64,000 bases of DNA, taken from the NCBI GenBank assembly GCA_010909165.1, contig VJWM01000222.1, positions 124,001 through 188,000 of the forward strand. The letters are read 5' to 3'. Below the pieces are notes generated by a model, which searched no databases, had not been told where the DNA came from, and worked only from the letters and a program-made list of their open reading frames with translations. This DNA is from Anthoceros angustus. Taxonomy: Eukaryota > Plantae > Anthocerotophyta. This document shows, piece by piece, positions 1 to 9,845 of this stretch; position 1 is the stretch's first letter; each line of letters begins with the position of its first letter. The position numbers and the translations under genes are program-made.

Positions 1-59
1 CTCACGGTGGCCTTCCACTAACACCTACACTTCTAATCCTCTACTCATCTCCTCATCCT

Positions 60-1220
60 CTTCCTCCTATTCTAACCTCGATTCGGGCTTCCGAGGCTTG
101 ACTCGCCCTTAGCAACTGTGACTGAGGGTCCGCCTCCACAAGTTCTTCCTCCGGACAGCTCTCTCCTCTGTTTGAGCCAACCTTCCCTCAAGACCTTTTC
201 CGCTCTTATTTGGTCTATAAGATCCGCTGGGCTTCTCCTGACCTTCTCCAACTTGGCTGCCTTCTCATCGGACTCCATGGCTTCCGATTTGCCACTTGGT
301 CCTGCCTCCTCTCGATCATCTCTTGGGCCTTGACTTCCCTCACGACATGCCCACAGGAGGCTGTAGTTCCCTAGCCTTCAAGTCCTGGTGAGTGCTTCAC
401 AAGCACTCGGCAAATCTCATAAGGGGCCCAAATTCCGCCCCTGGTGGCCTCTTGCTGGAAATTTCCAGCCTTTCCCACCTCCTCGAGGCCATGTGGCGCG
501 GGCGTGAGCCCTCACCTTGTCGCCCCATCCGCTCTCCCACCAGTAGCGGGTGATGGCGGCTGGCGCCGCGGCGCCCTCATGTTCTCTCCTTCCCTTCCCT
601 ACAGCCAGGCACCCCTCGGCGTGGGGTGCCCGCGATGGGCTGCTCCCCTACCCATGGTAGTCGCCTGCCTACCATGGTAGGCTGGCGCCTATGATAGCCC
701 TACCCAGGTGAGGTGCCTCCCCAGGGGTGCCTCTTCCCTAGGCACCCATGAGATGGTGAACTCCTCCCACCTTTGGGTATCACCCCTCACATGGTAGCCC
801 TCCTCTCATGGACTACCATCCGGCCCTCCTCGGGGACCTTGCCTCTCCTTCCCTTGCTCTTGTGGGGGAAAGGCCACCCATTCAAGCAACCTCGTTGCCT
901 CTACTTCTCGCCCTTGGCCTGGCGCTTGTGGAGTGTCTGGTCTCCCGCGTCTTCCTCAGCGAAGGCGAGGCCTCTCTAAGCTTGGCGGGGTGAATTATTT
1001 CGAAGGATGCCAAGCATCCTCCACTCCTTCTTTGGTGAGAGCCTCGGTCTCCACAAATGCACCAAATAGGTCTTTGAGATATGAGGGCCTTGGCCTTCCT
1101 CATCCACAATTTGGCCTAAGGAGCTTCTCCACATGATGGATGTGAGCCTCATACATGATGGTGCCCCAATCAAACTTGGCTCCTCTGAAATCTTCCACAA
1201 AATTGAAGGAAGTTAGTGCG
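60..1220 (-). other. Degenerate coding-like remnant, possibly a retroelement accessory ORF
   Basis: Minus-strand fragments read as protein-like (FNFVEDFRGAKFDWGTIMYEAHIHHVEKLLRP; charged MESDEKAAKLEKVRR...) but contain no motif I can name; adjacent to retroelement debris. Confidence 0.2.
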
Positions 1221-1234
1221 AAATAAAGTCCGTG

Positions 1235-1590
1235 GCTCCATTTTGTTAATTGGTCTTGTAGAAAACAAGCAGCCATATCACTTTCATCAATAGAATCAAA
1301 GTACAAGGCTCTCCTTTGAAGCCACAAAGAGGTGAATGGGAAAGGAAGCTATGTGAGGATACAGGTATGGCCAGGAAGGGCCAACAATATGGCTGATAAT
1401 ATGTCGACCAATTGCTTTGGTTGCAAACCCATGTTCCATGCATCTGAAACACATAGAGATTCAACATCACTATATTCGTGATGTAGAAAGGGGATAGTAA
1501 AATGGTATGTACCAGCAGAGCGACAACCAGGATGTCTTTGACTAAATCCTAAGTTTAAACAACCTTCCACGAGAAGGGCTTGGATTAGTA
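1235..1590 (+). pseudogene. pol: Ty1/copia RNase H remnant
   Basis: Read across frameshifts: NWSCRKQAAISLSSIESKYKAL..ATKE, PTI..DNMS..IALVANP.FHA, KHIEIQHHYIRD..VEKGIV, DVLTKSL. This matches the copia W.S+KQ..VALSS.EAEY / KHI.I..H+IR+ / AD.LTK.L signature. Confidence 0.85.
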
Positions 1591-1775
1591 GTATAGTACT
1601 TTATGGCCTAGAAGTTCAATATCACTATATTCGTGATGATGTAGAAAGGGGATAGTAAGGTATAGTATATACCAGCAGGCGACAACACATGTCTTTGACT
1701 AAATCCTTACTAAGTTTAAACACTTCCACAGAAAAGCTTGGATTAGTCTATTGTAGTAGCTTTATGGCCAGACAA
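1462..1775 (+). repeat. ~150-bp diverged tandem duplication of the copia RNase H C-terminus
   Basis: ATCACTATATTCGTGATG...ACCAGCAG...GTCTTTGACTAAATCCT...TTGGATTAG occurs at ~1467 and again at ~1621. Confidence 0.85.
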
Positions 1776-2004
1776 GTCACTCATATGGTGAGGCTTATCA
1801 TCTTTTGTTCCATCACTTGAAGGAAGTGAGTTGCTCCTCCTCACTGGATACCCAACAAGAAAGCGATCACGTGAGAATGGGTTGAGCCCCATATCAGTGA
1901 TTGACTTGAAGGCAGTGCTAATGTTTCGAGACTTACATGTTTGGATGTTAGGCGGATCCACCGTCGTACTTTGAAGCCACGAATGGCCGTGATGGCAAGC
2001 CTTT

Positions 2005-2280
2005 GGCCATTGACTAGCTCGGGTCAAGGACATGCTCCGTCGAGGATTCGAGATGACTAATCAAGGAGACCTTCAATTTTGCCTTGGTATTGATTTTGCG
2101 AAGCAGGGGATGCAGGCACAATTACTCTCCATCGGAAAAAATCAAGGAGATTATGAAAAGTTTAACCTTGATGGTGCTCACTCGTAGCTACACCCTCGGC
2201 AATGGGGAGAAACTAACTACAACACTATCTCCACAAACTTCACACGAGAAGTAGGATGTGATTGCATTACCTATGGGTAA
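2005..2280 (+). pseudogene. pol: Ty1/copia reverse transcriptase fragment
   Basis: RVKDMLRRGFEMTNQGDLQFCLGIDF..DAGTITLH..KEIM.KFNLDGAH.VATP..GEKL...SPQT resembles the copia FEMKDLG..LG+ / ATP segment. Inverted copy at ~54330-54605. Confidence 0.8.
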
Positions 2281-2499
2281 GAGGCGGATCTGTGATCTTC
2301 AAAATGACAAGATCCATTGCGCCCTGAGGATCTAATGCGATCGAAATCTAGTGGCCAACCCATTTCGCTCGGGGGGTTTGTAAATCACGCCTTGTCACCA
2401 CGAAGGAAACACACAACAAAATTGCTCGGATCTTCAAGGTCTCACCACCCCGGTGTAAACTTTAAAGGGTTTCTATAAACCCAAAGAAAGATCTAAATA

Positions 2500-2720
2500 C
2501 CGTAACCTCGCACCACCACCCAATGAGCTTTCTTTTGCCTTCCTGCACCTTGCCCGTGCCCCACTCAGTGACTTTCTTTTGCCTCTAAATCTGCGAGCCT
2601 CGCACCCCGGTGCCCACCACCCCTGCGAGCTTTCTTTTGCGTCATCACAACCACCTGGTGCCCCCACCACCAGGCGAGCTTTCTTTTGCCTCTAAATACA
2701 CCTCGCACTGCCACCATCCT
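2500..2720. repeat. Short diverged repeats (GAGCTTTCTTTTGCC / CCTCGCACC)
   Basis: The TTTCTTTTGC core occurs four times at ~50-bp spacing. Confidence 0.6.
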
Positions 2721-2786
2721 GCCTTAACTTTAGAAGGTTTCCATAAACCAAAAGCTTTCATTTGCTAGCGTGAGCAATCAATTACA

Positions 2787-3066
2787 TTTTTAAACTAAGC
2801 GAGACACTTGAATGCGGAGTCTAAGACTCCAATCAATTAGGTTTTAAACTAAGCGAGACACTTGAATCTTGCTTGAGTCTAAGACTCAATCAATTTTCAA
2901 TTCTGTTTTAAACTAAGCGAGACACTTGAATGCGCTTGAGTCTAAGACTCCAATCAATTAGGTTTTAAACTAAGCGGACACTTGAATCTTTGCTTGAGTC
3001 TAAGACTCCAATCAATTTTGTTTTAAACCAAGCAAACACTTGAATCTTTGCTTGAGTCTAAGACTT
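2787..3066. repeat. ~57-bp minisatellite, 5 copies, with a palindromic core
   Basis: Unit TTTTAAACTAAGCGAGACACTTGAAT..CTTGAGTCTAAGACTCCAATCAATT at ~2787, 2842, 2906, 2963 and 3021; mirrored at ~53543-53822. Confidence 0.9.
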
Positions 3067-3529
3067 GACTACAATCAGAAAAGGAAAAATAATAACAAAA
3101 TAACCTCCCAAAAGAAAATAGATACCCATGAGTGCGAGGTTGGCGGCCAAAATGAAAGTGGAGTAAAGTTCTTTGGGGTGGTGGGGCACGAGGGGTGCGA
3201 GGTTGGCGTTCTAGGGGCCCCAACTTTGGTTGAGGCCTATCCTTATGGAGGAAGCTCTATGGTTATCTAGCAGGCAAAGTGAGTGGTCGTGCTTGAGGGT
3301 GGTGGGGAGGTTGGCGTTTGAGGACCACGATCGACTTGGGCACTATATATGTGGGGATCTCCATGGTTTTATGGGAAAGCTTGCTCGGAAAGATGTGTCG
3401 TACTCTCAAAGGATGAAGCTACACTATGAAATCCAGTGAATCCCTAGAATGACCCGTCGTAGGAGCTATGGTGCTCAGGGGCATCCAACAAGAAGAGTGG
3501 ATTTGGTTTATTGTTGAAACAACCTATCG

Positions 3530-3672
3530 GAATCGCATTCTTGAGCCAAAGCCTCAAGCAGTCTCATCTACTAAGGTACTCTAGAAATCGCATTCTTGCC
3601 TCAGGTCTCATCTACTAAGGTACTCTAGAAATCGCATTCTTGAGCCAAAGCCTCAGTCTCATCTACTAAGGT
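3530..3672. repeat. ~42-57-bp tandem repeat, 3 copies
   Basis: AATCGCATTCTTG..GCCTCA..GTCTCATCTACTAAGGT occurs three times. Confidence 0.85.
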
Positions 3673-3943
3673 GAGTACAAGGCACTCTCGCGGGGCATAA
3701 GGAAGGCTCTCGACACGCATTGAAGCTTTTAATAAAGCTCATGCGGATGGCAATTCATAGGCGAAGCTTGAGGCAGGCGCCACCAAAGTACCATGGTGCA
3801 AAAAGTTCACGGATCCTTGGACCCCCTCGGAAGGACACTCGACCTCGAAGGACTTGAAAAAGCCGGCTTGGACCAAGATTTGTATTTGAAGATATCCAGG
3901 GGATCTGTGACTTTTGACCACGGTGCTGACACCCTCCCTTGCG

Positions 3944-4330
3944 GACTATGAATTAAATTCATGAGCTTTAAAGCAGTTAATTTGGAGTCGGACTATGGAT
4001 TTGGGGACAATTTACACCCTGGATTCGGACTATGAATTCGTGGATGAGCTTTTTAGCAGTTAATTTGGAGTGGACTATGGATTTGGGGACAATTACTGCT
4101 AGATTCCAATTTTGTGAGGGCTTTATGGTTGTTTTATGTCTAGCTTCTCTTTTTGGAGGTTATCTTTGTTATTCTTTATTTTTGGGTTCGTCGTCATACT
4201 TGAGCTTTAAGCTGTGGTTAGTGGAAACTTTCCTATGGATTTGGGAACATTTACTGCTAGATTCCAATTTTGTGAGGGCTTTATGGTTGTTTTGTTTCTA
4301 GCTTTTTTTTGTAGATTATCTTTGTTATTT
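3944..4330. repeat. Overlapping ~80-bp and ~160-bp tandem duplications
   Basis: GGACTATGAATT...GCAGTTAATTTGGAGT.GGACTATGGATTTGGGGACAATT twice; TTACTGCTAGATTCCAATTTTGTGAGGGCTTTATGGTTGTTTT twice. Confidence 0.8.
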
Positions 4331-5235
4331 TTATTTTGGGTTGGGTTGTAGCTTAAGGCTCAATCGCTATTTTTGTGAGGTTTTTGATTGCTAGAAATGG
4401 TTATTTTTTAAATTGGGTTTGTAGGCTCAATCCTATTAATTTTGTGAGGTTTTTGATTGCTAGAAATGGGTTATTCTTTTTTTGGGGTCATCTTTGTTAT
4501 TTTTATTTTTGGGTTGGCAAAGATATTCTTTATTTTGGGTTGGGTTGTAGCTTAAGGCTCAATCGCTCTTGAATTTTGTGAGGTTTTTGATTGCTAGAAA
4601 TGGAGTTATTCTTTTTTTGGGGTCATCTTTGTTATTTTTATTTTTGGGTTGGGTTGTAGCTTAAGGCTCAATCGCTCTTGAGGAGTTTTGAGGGTTTTGA
4701 TTGCTAGAAATGGAGTTATCTTTGTTATTTTTATTTTTGGGTTGGGTTGTAGCTTAAGGCTCAATCGCTCTTGATTTTGTGAGGGTTTTGATTGCTAGAA
4801 ATGGATGTTATTTTTATTTTTGGGTTGGGTTGTAGCTTAAGGCTCAATCGCTCTTGAGTTTGTGAGGTTTTTGATTGCTAGAAATGGAGGTTATTCTTTT
4901 TTTTTTTTTTGGAGTGTTATTTGTGGGTTATTCTTTTTTGGAGGTCATCTTTGTTATTTGTTATTTTTGGTTGGGTTGTAGCTTAAGGCGCTCTTGATTT
5001 GTGAGGTTTCTTGATTGGGTTGTAGCTTAGGCTCAATCTCTTTAGATTTGTGAGGTTTTTGATTTGAAATGGAGTTATCTGTTGATTTTTAGGTTGGGTT
5101 TCTTTGTTATTTTTATTTTGGGTTGGGTTGTAGCTTGCTCAATCTCTCTTGAGAATTTTGTGAGGTTTTGATTGCTTTGTTTCTAGCTTCTTTTTGGGAG
5201 GTCATTTTGTTTCTTTGTTTTCCTTTTGGGTTGGA
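4320..5235. repeat. T/G-rich tandem array of ~90-115-bp units, roughly 9 degenerate copies
   Basis: TTTTGGGTTGGGTTGTAGCTTAAGGCTCAATCGCTCTTGA..TTTGTGAGGTTTTTGATTGCTAGAAATGG recurs. The A/C-rich mirror is at ~51375-52290. Confidence 0.9.
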
Positions 5236-5463
5236 TTGTAGTAGGTTCTAGTCTCCTTGTGGATTTACCTCGAGTCTTGGTCACGTTTGCCTATGTACAG
5301 CCAAGCAGAAGTTAGATGACAAGTCGACCATTAATTTTCTAGACTACTCTTCATGGATTGTATGAAGGTTCTAGTCTCTTTGTGAACCAGTCTTTACCGA
5401 GACTGAGCAATCTCCGAGTGACAAGTTGTGACCATTTTTTTCTAAAGCCATTACTGTTAATTA

Positions 5464-5727
5464 TGTAGCGTTAGGAGCGTAGCATTAAGTGGAATTAATC
5501 CTAATTAGCGGATAGATGGAATATTAATCCTAATTAGCGGATAGGTAGAAATAGGGTAAATAGTGGTTACATGAACAAGAAGCGTGCTCAATTCTGTTGG
5601 AGCGGAAAGTTCTCACTGGCTATGTCCATAAGACCAAAGGCTGTGACCTTCGTGAGCTCCTTCTAGCGAAACCAAGACTATGTCACGGAAGATGCGGGCA
5701 TAGAACTTGATCTTTGGGAGCGTTACA
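5464..5727 (+). repeat. Putative 5' LTR of family A (~264 bp)
   Basis: Begins TGTAGCG and ends CGTTACA (imperfect terminal inverted repeat), directly followed by a PBS. Contains an internal duplicated ATTAATCCTAATTAGCGGATAG. The left end is inferred because there is no 3' LTR to compare. Confidence 0.6.
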
Positions 5728-5729
5728 TT

Positions 5730-5740
5730 TGGTATCGAGC
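5730..5740 (+). other. Primer-binding site, tRNA-iMet type (family A)
   Basis: TGGTATCGAGC, i.e. canonical TGGTATCAGAGC with one base missing, 2 nt after ...TTACA. Confidence 0.8.
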
Positions 5741-8109
5741 AAAGAATCATGCACTGCGGCAAGCGTGAGAGTCCTGGCATTGGGTCAATCGGTGGAGAAG
5801 GAGGCGACAATTCAGCTCCCAGATGATTCGGACGGAAGAGGTGAATTGAGGCTCGCGAGGTGGTTCGGACACTGGGCATACCTTGAGTTCTCACATCTCG
5901 ATCGAATCTTCGGGAGCTCTTTGTTGAGACCATCCAGACCCACATCACAGGAGTTTGACCCGTGGTACGACATGGGAGGGGCGCACGGAAATGGGCGGGG
6001 GCTCACCGGCAGCGATGACCCGGGATGGAAGCATTGGCGAAAAGTGCAGTCGGAGGTGGAGACCTCCTGGTCAATCGGGGGAGTGGCCATCCGGTGATTG
6101 GTGGCCCTCCCGATCCTGGAAGAAGCGGGCGACCGGCGGCGGAAAGACTTGAGTGGACCGTTCGAATCGAGCGAGAAGAAGGAGACGACAGCGGTTGGCC
6201 AAGATCGAAATCGCGGTGATCGGCACCAGGCGAGCGGCCCGGCCTCGTGCAGGCCCGTTCCCCACACCGGCCCACAGATGAGGCGGAGTGAATGGCCATG
6301 CCCAATGACAGGTCGAGAACCGCGAGGACATGGAGGATCTCGCCTCGAAATTTTCTTGGGCGACACTTGAGCAAGGTTGCCCAAACGGTGTGGTGTGGAG
6401 AATAACTGCGGGAGCTCGGCACGTTGTGTCGAAACAATCGAAACAAGTTGGAGGGACAAGCATGCAGCGTCTGCAATTGTTGGAGCACCCCGTCGTTCCG
6501 ACACACCTAGGGACCTGGTCGGAAGGCGGTGAACCCACCACAATCCTCACCACGGGTATGCGACAGAAAACGGGCCTCGGCACCCACTCGGCTGGATGGC
6601 GAGATGAGGAAGGTCGAGGTCACATTAGAGTCGGCAGGCGAGCTCGTGAGGGAGTCCCCAGAGGTTGGTGGTCGAGGTTGTTGCGGCGAAAAACAAGGAC
6701 ATCAAGGCCTGGGCCTCCGCTCATGAGTGAGGTGGGGAAGCCAAGGCCAAGGAAAGTCAGTTGTTGGAGGCAGGCTGACCCTTCAAACCCGCCACTACTT
6801 GACAAGGGTTGCGGCGGAAGATAAAACCACGACTTTTGGGGGCCAAAGCTCAAGCGTCTGATGGTGGACAAGATGAAATACCTGGCGGCGAGAAGGATGA
6901 TCTCAAGCATACGGTTTTGCGTCATGTCGCTCGAGGTTATCGTATCGTTGGTGGAAACCAGGCAACGTCGATGGGTATAGGCGCCATACATAGCGGTGTT
7001 GAGCAAGTGTTCTTAGAGCATTTCCTCCCCATCCTGCAGAGACACTATCGGTTTGAAATCTATCGGCGAGGATGCATGCGAATCTGCGACAAGTTCTTCT
7101 GACTCACTCACGGATCTTCCCGCCTCGATGAAGAACAAAAGTGGAGAAGTTCATTGATGGCCTTGATTTGAACAGATGTCAGCGGACCACCAACACCACG
7201 GTTGATGCCATGGCCGCCATGAACTATGGCGAACAAATATAAACACTTGGGCACCTCCAGCCTTCAAATCGAAATGGAAGTAGCTTGAGAATCCGACTTT
7301 AAAATCCTCGAAGAAGAAGAAAGAATAGAGAAAAAGGAAATTGCTTGCGACTCATATGGTTGTTTGCCCTCAGGAGGGACTTCATCGCATGGTGAAAGGC
7401 AGAATTCCACACCAACCCTTCTCGAACAAAACCCCTCGGTGGTTTTAGAAGAGTACAGGAAGCGAACTAGGTTGCAATGGGTCACGTTTTGAATGCATGT
7501 AGACCCATGTCCGATCAAGCTAAAGGTTCACATAGCGGGACATGTTGCCTGACTCTCTAGACTGGTGCTAGCCACCACTACATCTCAGTCCGCAGCACGA
7601 GCGGGGCACACATCACTCGGCAGACTTCTATCGTCACGGCGGGGAAAGGATGTGAGGGACGGCGTTGGAATGAGCGACTCTTACCCACTGAGGTTTCGTA
7701 GAAGTCTTTGAAATGCATAGTCATGCCAAGCTTGGCACATGGCGTGATTATTAGAAGCAGTGGCTGGCCATTCTCAACCATAGGTGGAAGAACTTAGTAA
7801 CCCTAGGGGGACGGATCGTATGTCTTTGGAAGGGAAACTTACCTTCGGACAAGCACCTTTTTATATCGATCCGCCAAATCCAGCTTTACATGCATGGTGA
7901 GGTAGTTCCTCTGGAGGCACCAGTCGCGGGCACCGAAGCAATCGGAGAACTCTTACAAGGTTTAAGGCTCTGTGGCGGAATTTGATGGAGTTGTTGCGGA
8001 TCCACCGCCCCTACCACCAAGGCCAGATGATCACATCGAGCTAGTGCAGGCATGCTAAATCGATACCGCGTCGGTAATGGAAAATGAGGAGATCAAGCGG
8101 TAGATGAAT

Positions 8110-8730
8110 TCTGGACAAGGGGTTTGTGAGGCCAAGCACCTCACCTTATGGGCCGTGTTGTTGGTGGAAACGGTGCTGGAGACTCGCCGACTACGAGAGG
8201 ATTAGAATCGGGCCACCATCGGGAATGTCTACGGATGCCCGCGCCGATGAGATTTTGGACCGTGCGGGTTGGTTCACCAAAATCGACTGCGGAGTTTTCA
8301 CCAAATTCGACTCAAGGAGGATGAGCCCAAGACGCATTTAGAACACGGCTCTGAGGTTTGTAGTGATGCCGTTCGACTTCTAAATGCCCGTGACCTTCAA
8401 TGTCTCATGCAAGACATTCTTGACCTTTGCTAGGCAAGGGGTCGAGGTCTTCCTAGATGATATCTTGATCCACTCTGCGGACCAAGCCACCCACATCGAA
8501 CTCGTCGGGAAGGTATTCACTCTTCTTGGAAGCATCAAGCTGCGTAAGAGGAGCAAGTGTACCTTCATGCAGAGAAGTTAATCTTGGACATCATTAGTGC
8601 CAAGGGCATCGGCATGGATCCTCGCAAGGTCTGGGTGGTGGCCCAGGACATCACCCAACTAAAGGAAGGGCTAGCGGGCTTCTATCGAGGTTATCAGAGC
8701 TTGATCAATTGCTCTTCCTTTGGCGAAGCC
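8110..8730 (+). pseudogene. pol: Family A reverse transcriptase (frameshifted)
   Basis: [43 protein letters not shown] here; [27 protein letters not shown] and YLGHIISAKG read best in the other family A copies. Confidence 0.92.
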
Positions 8731-8829
8731 CTCAAGCGATCCCACCGGGGAGTTCCGGTGGAGGCGGCTCCGAAGCCTTTGAGGCGGTAGGCAGGCAGGC
8801 CGGTGCTCGCGTGGCCGACCAGGGGAACC

Positions 8830-9130
8830 TACACGCTCAGATGCATCGGATGGTGCCATTGGTGCGGTCTTTGTCTCAGGAGGTGATAGCCTCGAGTCTC
8901 ACAAACTCGGGGGCACAATTAAATTACCACAGACGACAAGGAGATGTTTTGCGATCGTCCATGCCACGAAAGTGTGGCGCCACTACCTCCTCGGACGAGG
9001 TTTGTAGTTCCGGACATCGCTACAACACTTCTTCAGCAAATCTCAACTGAGCGGTAGCCGTGCGAGTATGGACTTTGGAAATCAAGTACCTAGCTCGGCC
9101 GTCTGATTCGGATGCTCTCGGAGAGGCGAG
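8830..9130 (+). pseudogene. pol: Family A RNase H (frameshifted)
   Basis: DASDGAIGA, AQLNY, AIVHA.KVWRHYL, DALS motifs; TDHHSLQHFF..PNLN in the sister fragments at ~47700 and ~54740. Confidence 0.85.
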
Positions 9131-9289
9131 ACCACGTGAAATCACGTCAAAACCATCCGGTGATCGTGATGCGATTGGATGATCAACCGAACCATATCTC
9201 GACCAGTTAGTGGGATTGGCAGTGTTGTATGCAAACCTGGGAGGATCGTCGTTTACGTAAGCGGTTGGTTATCGAGGACACATGATGGA

Positions 9290-9845
9290 ACTTAAGCTCA
9301 TGCGATTTGCGATTCTCCCATCTCGGGACATCTCGAATAGATAAGGCGTATGGGCGTGAAGACACTTGGACCTTGCAGGCGGGTTGTATCCATTGGGTTG
9401 GGTTGTCTCTAAGGCAAAAACCAGAACACGAAATCGCGGGTTGTTGTTACACACATACACGAAGGCGATTCGATCGTTCTATGGACTTTGTGACTGCCTG
9501 GACGGAGCTTGAAAGGGCGCCATATGGGTCGTCATGGGAGACTTTGAAATCTGTTATCTGCATTCAGTATGGTGGATCTTCGTCGCAATTTTACATGGAT
9601 GCAAAGACATCGTTTGGAGGATCCGAAATTCACAGCGGTTGGAAGACATTGAGAGACCACGGCATTCATCGAGCACACACACGCCATCCGAATCAGGTGG
9701 TGGGTCGAAGCGGTCTGAGTGCTAGAAGACATGTTGCGTCACTATGAGGAGAAGCAAGGATTATGGGAGGACATTACCTATGTTGGGTTTGCTTACAATA
9801 CCTCCAAGCATCTTGTGCCTCACCCTTCAAATTCTTGTATGGAAG
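9290..9845 (+). pseudogene. pol: Family A integrase (truncated)
   Basis: DSPISGH, SMDFVT, LEDMLRHY..KQ..WE, FAYNTSKH, SPFKFLYG. Confidence 0.85.

Larger units (their letters stand above)
5464..9845 (+). mobile_element. Family A Ty3/gypsy (chromovirus-like) LTR retrotransposon, 3'-truncated within integrase
   Basis: LTR-PBS, presumed gag/PR region, then RT, RNase H and integrase in gypsy order; ends at a fold-back junction. Confidence 0.9.

Noticed and set aside
2787-3066. CRISPR-like array of palindromic repeats
   Set aside because: No unique spacers (whole units repeat), no cas genes, eukaryotic TE context.
3230-3930. Short ORFs between the minisatellites
   Set aside because: Under 80 aa, with no motifs or splice structure I can support.
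4320-5235. Telomeric repeat
   Set aside because: TTGGGTTGGG occurs once per ~100-bp unit; there is no run of TTTAGGG/TTAGGG-type repeats.
5812-6543. 243-aa and overlapping 160-170-aa ORFs (also at 13044 and 50064) as real genes
   Set aside because: Antisense to the GC-rich leader/gag region of family A, open in several frames, with no recognisable motif.
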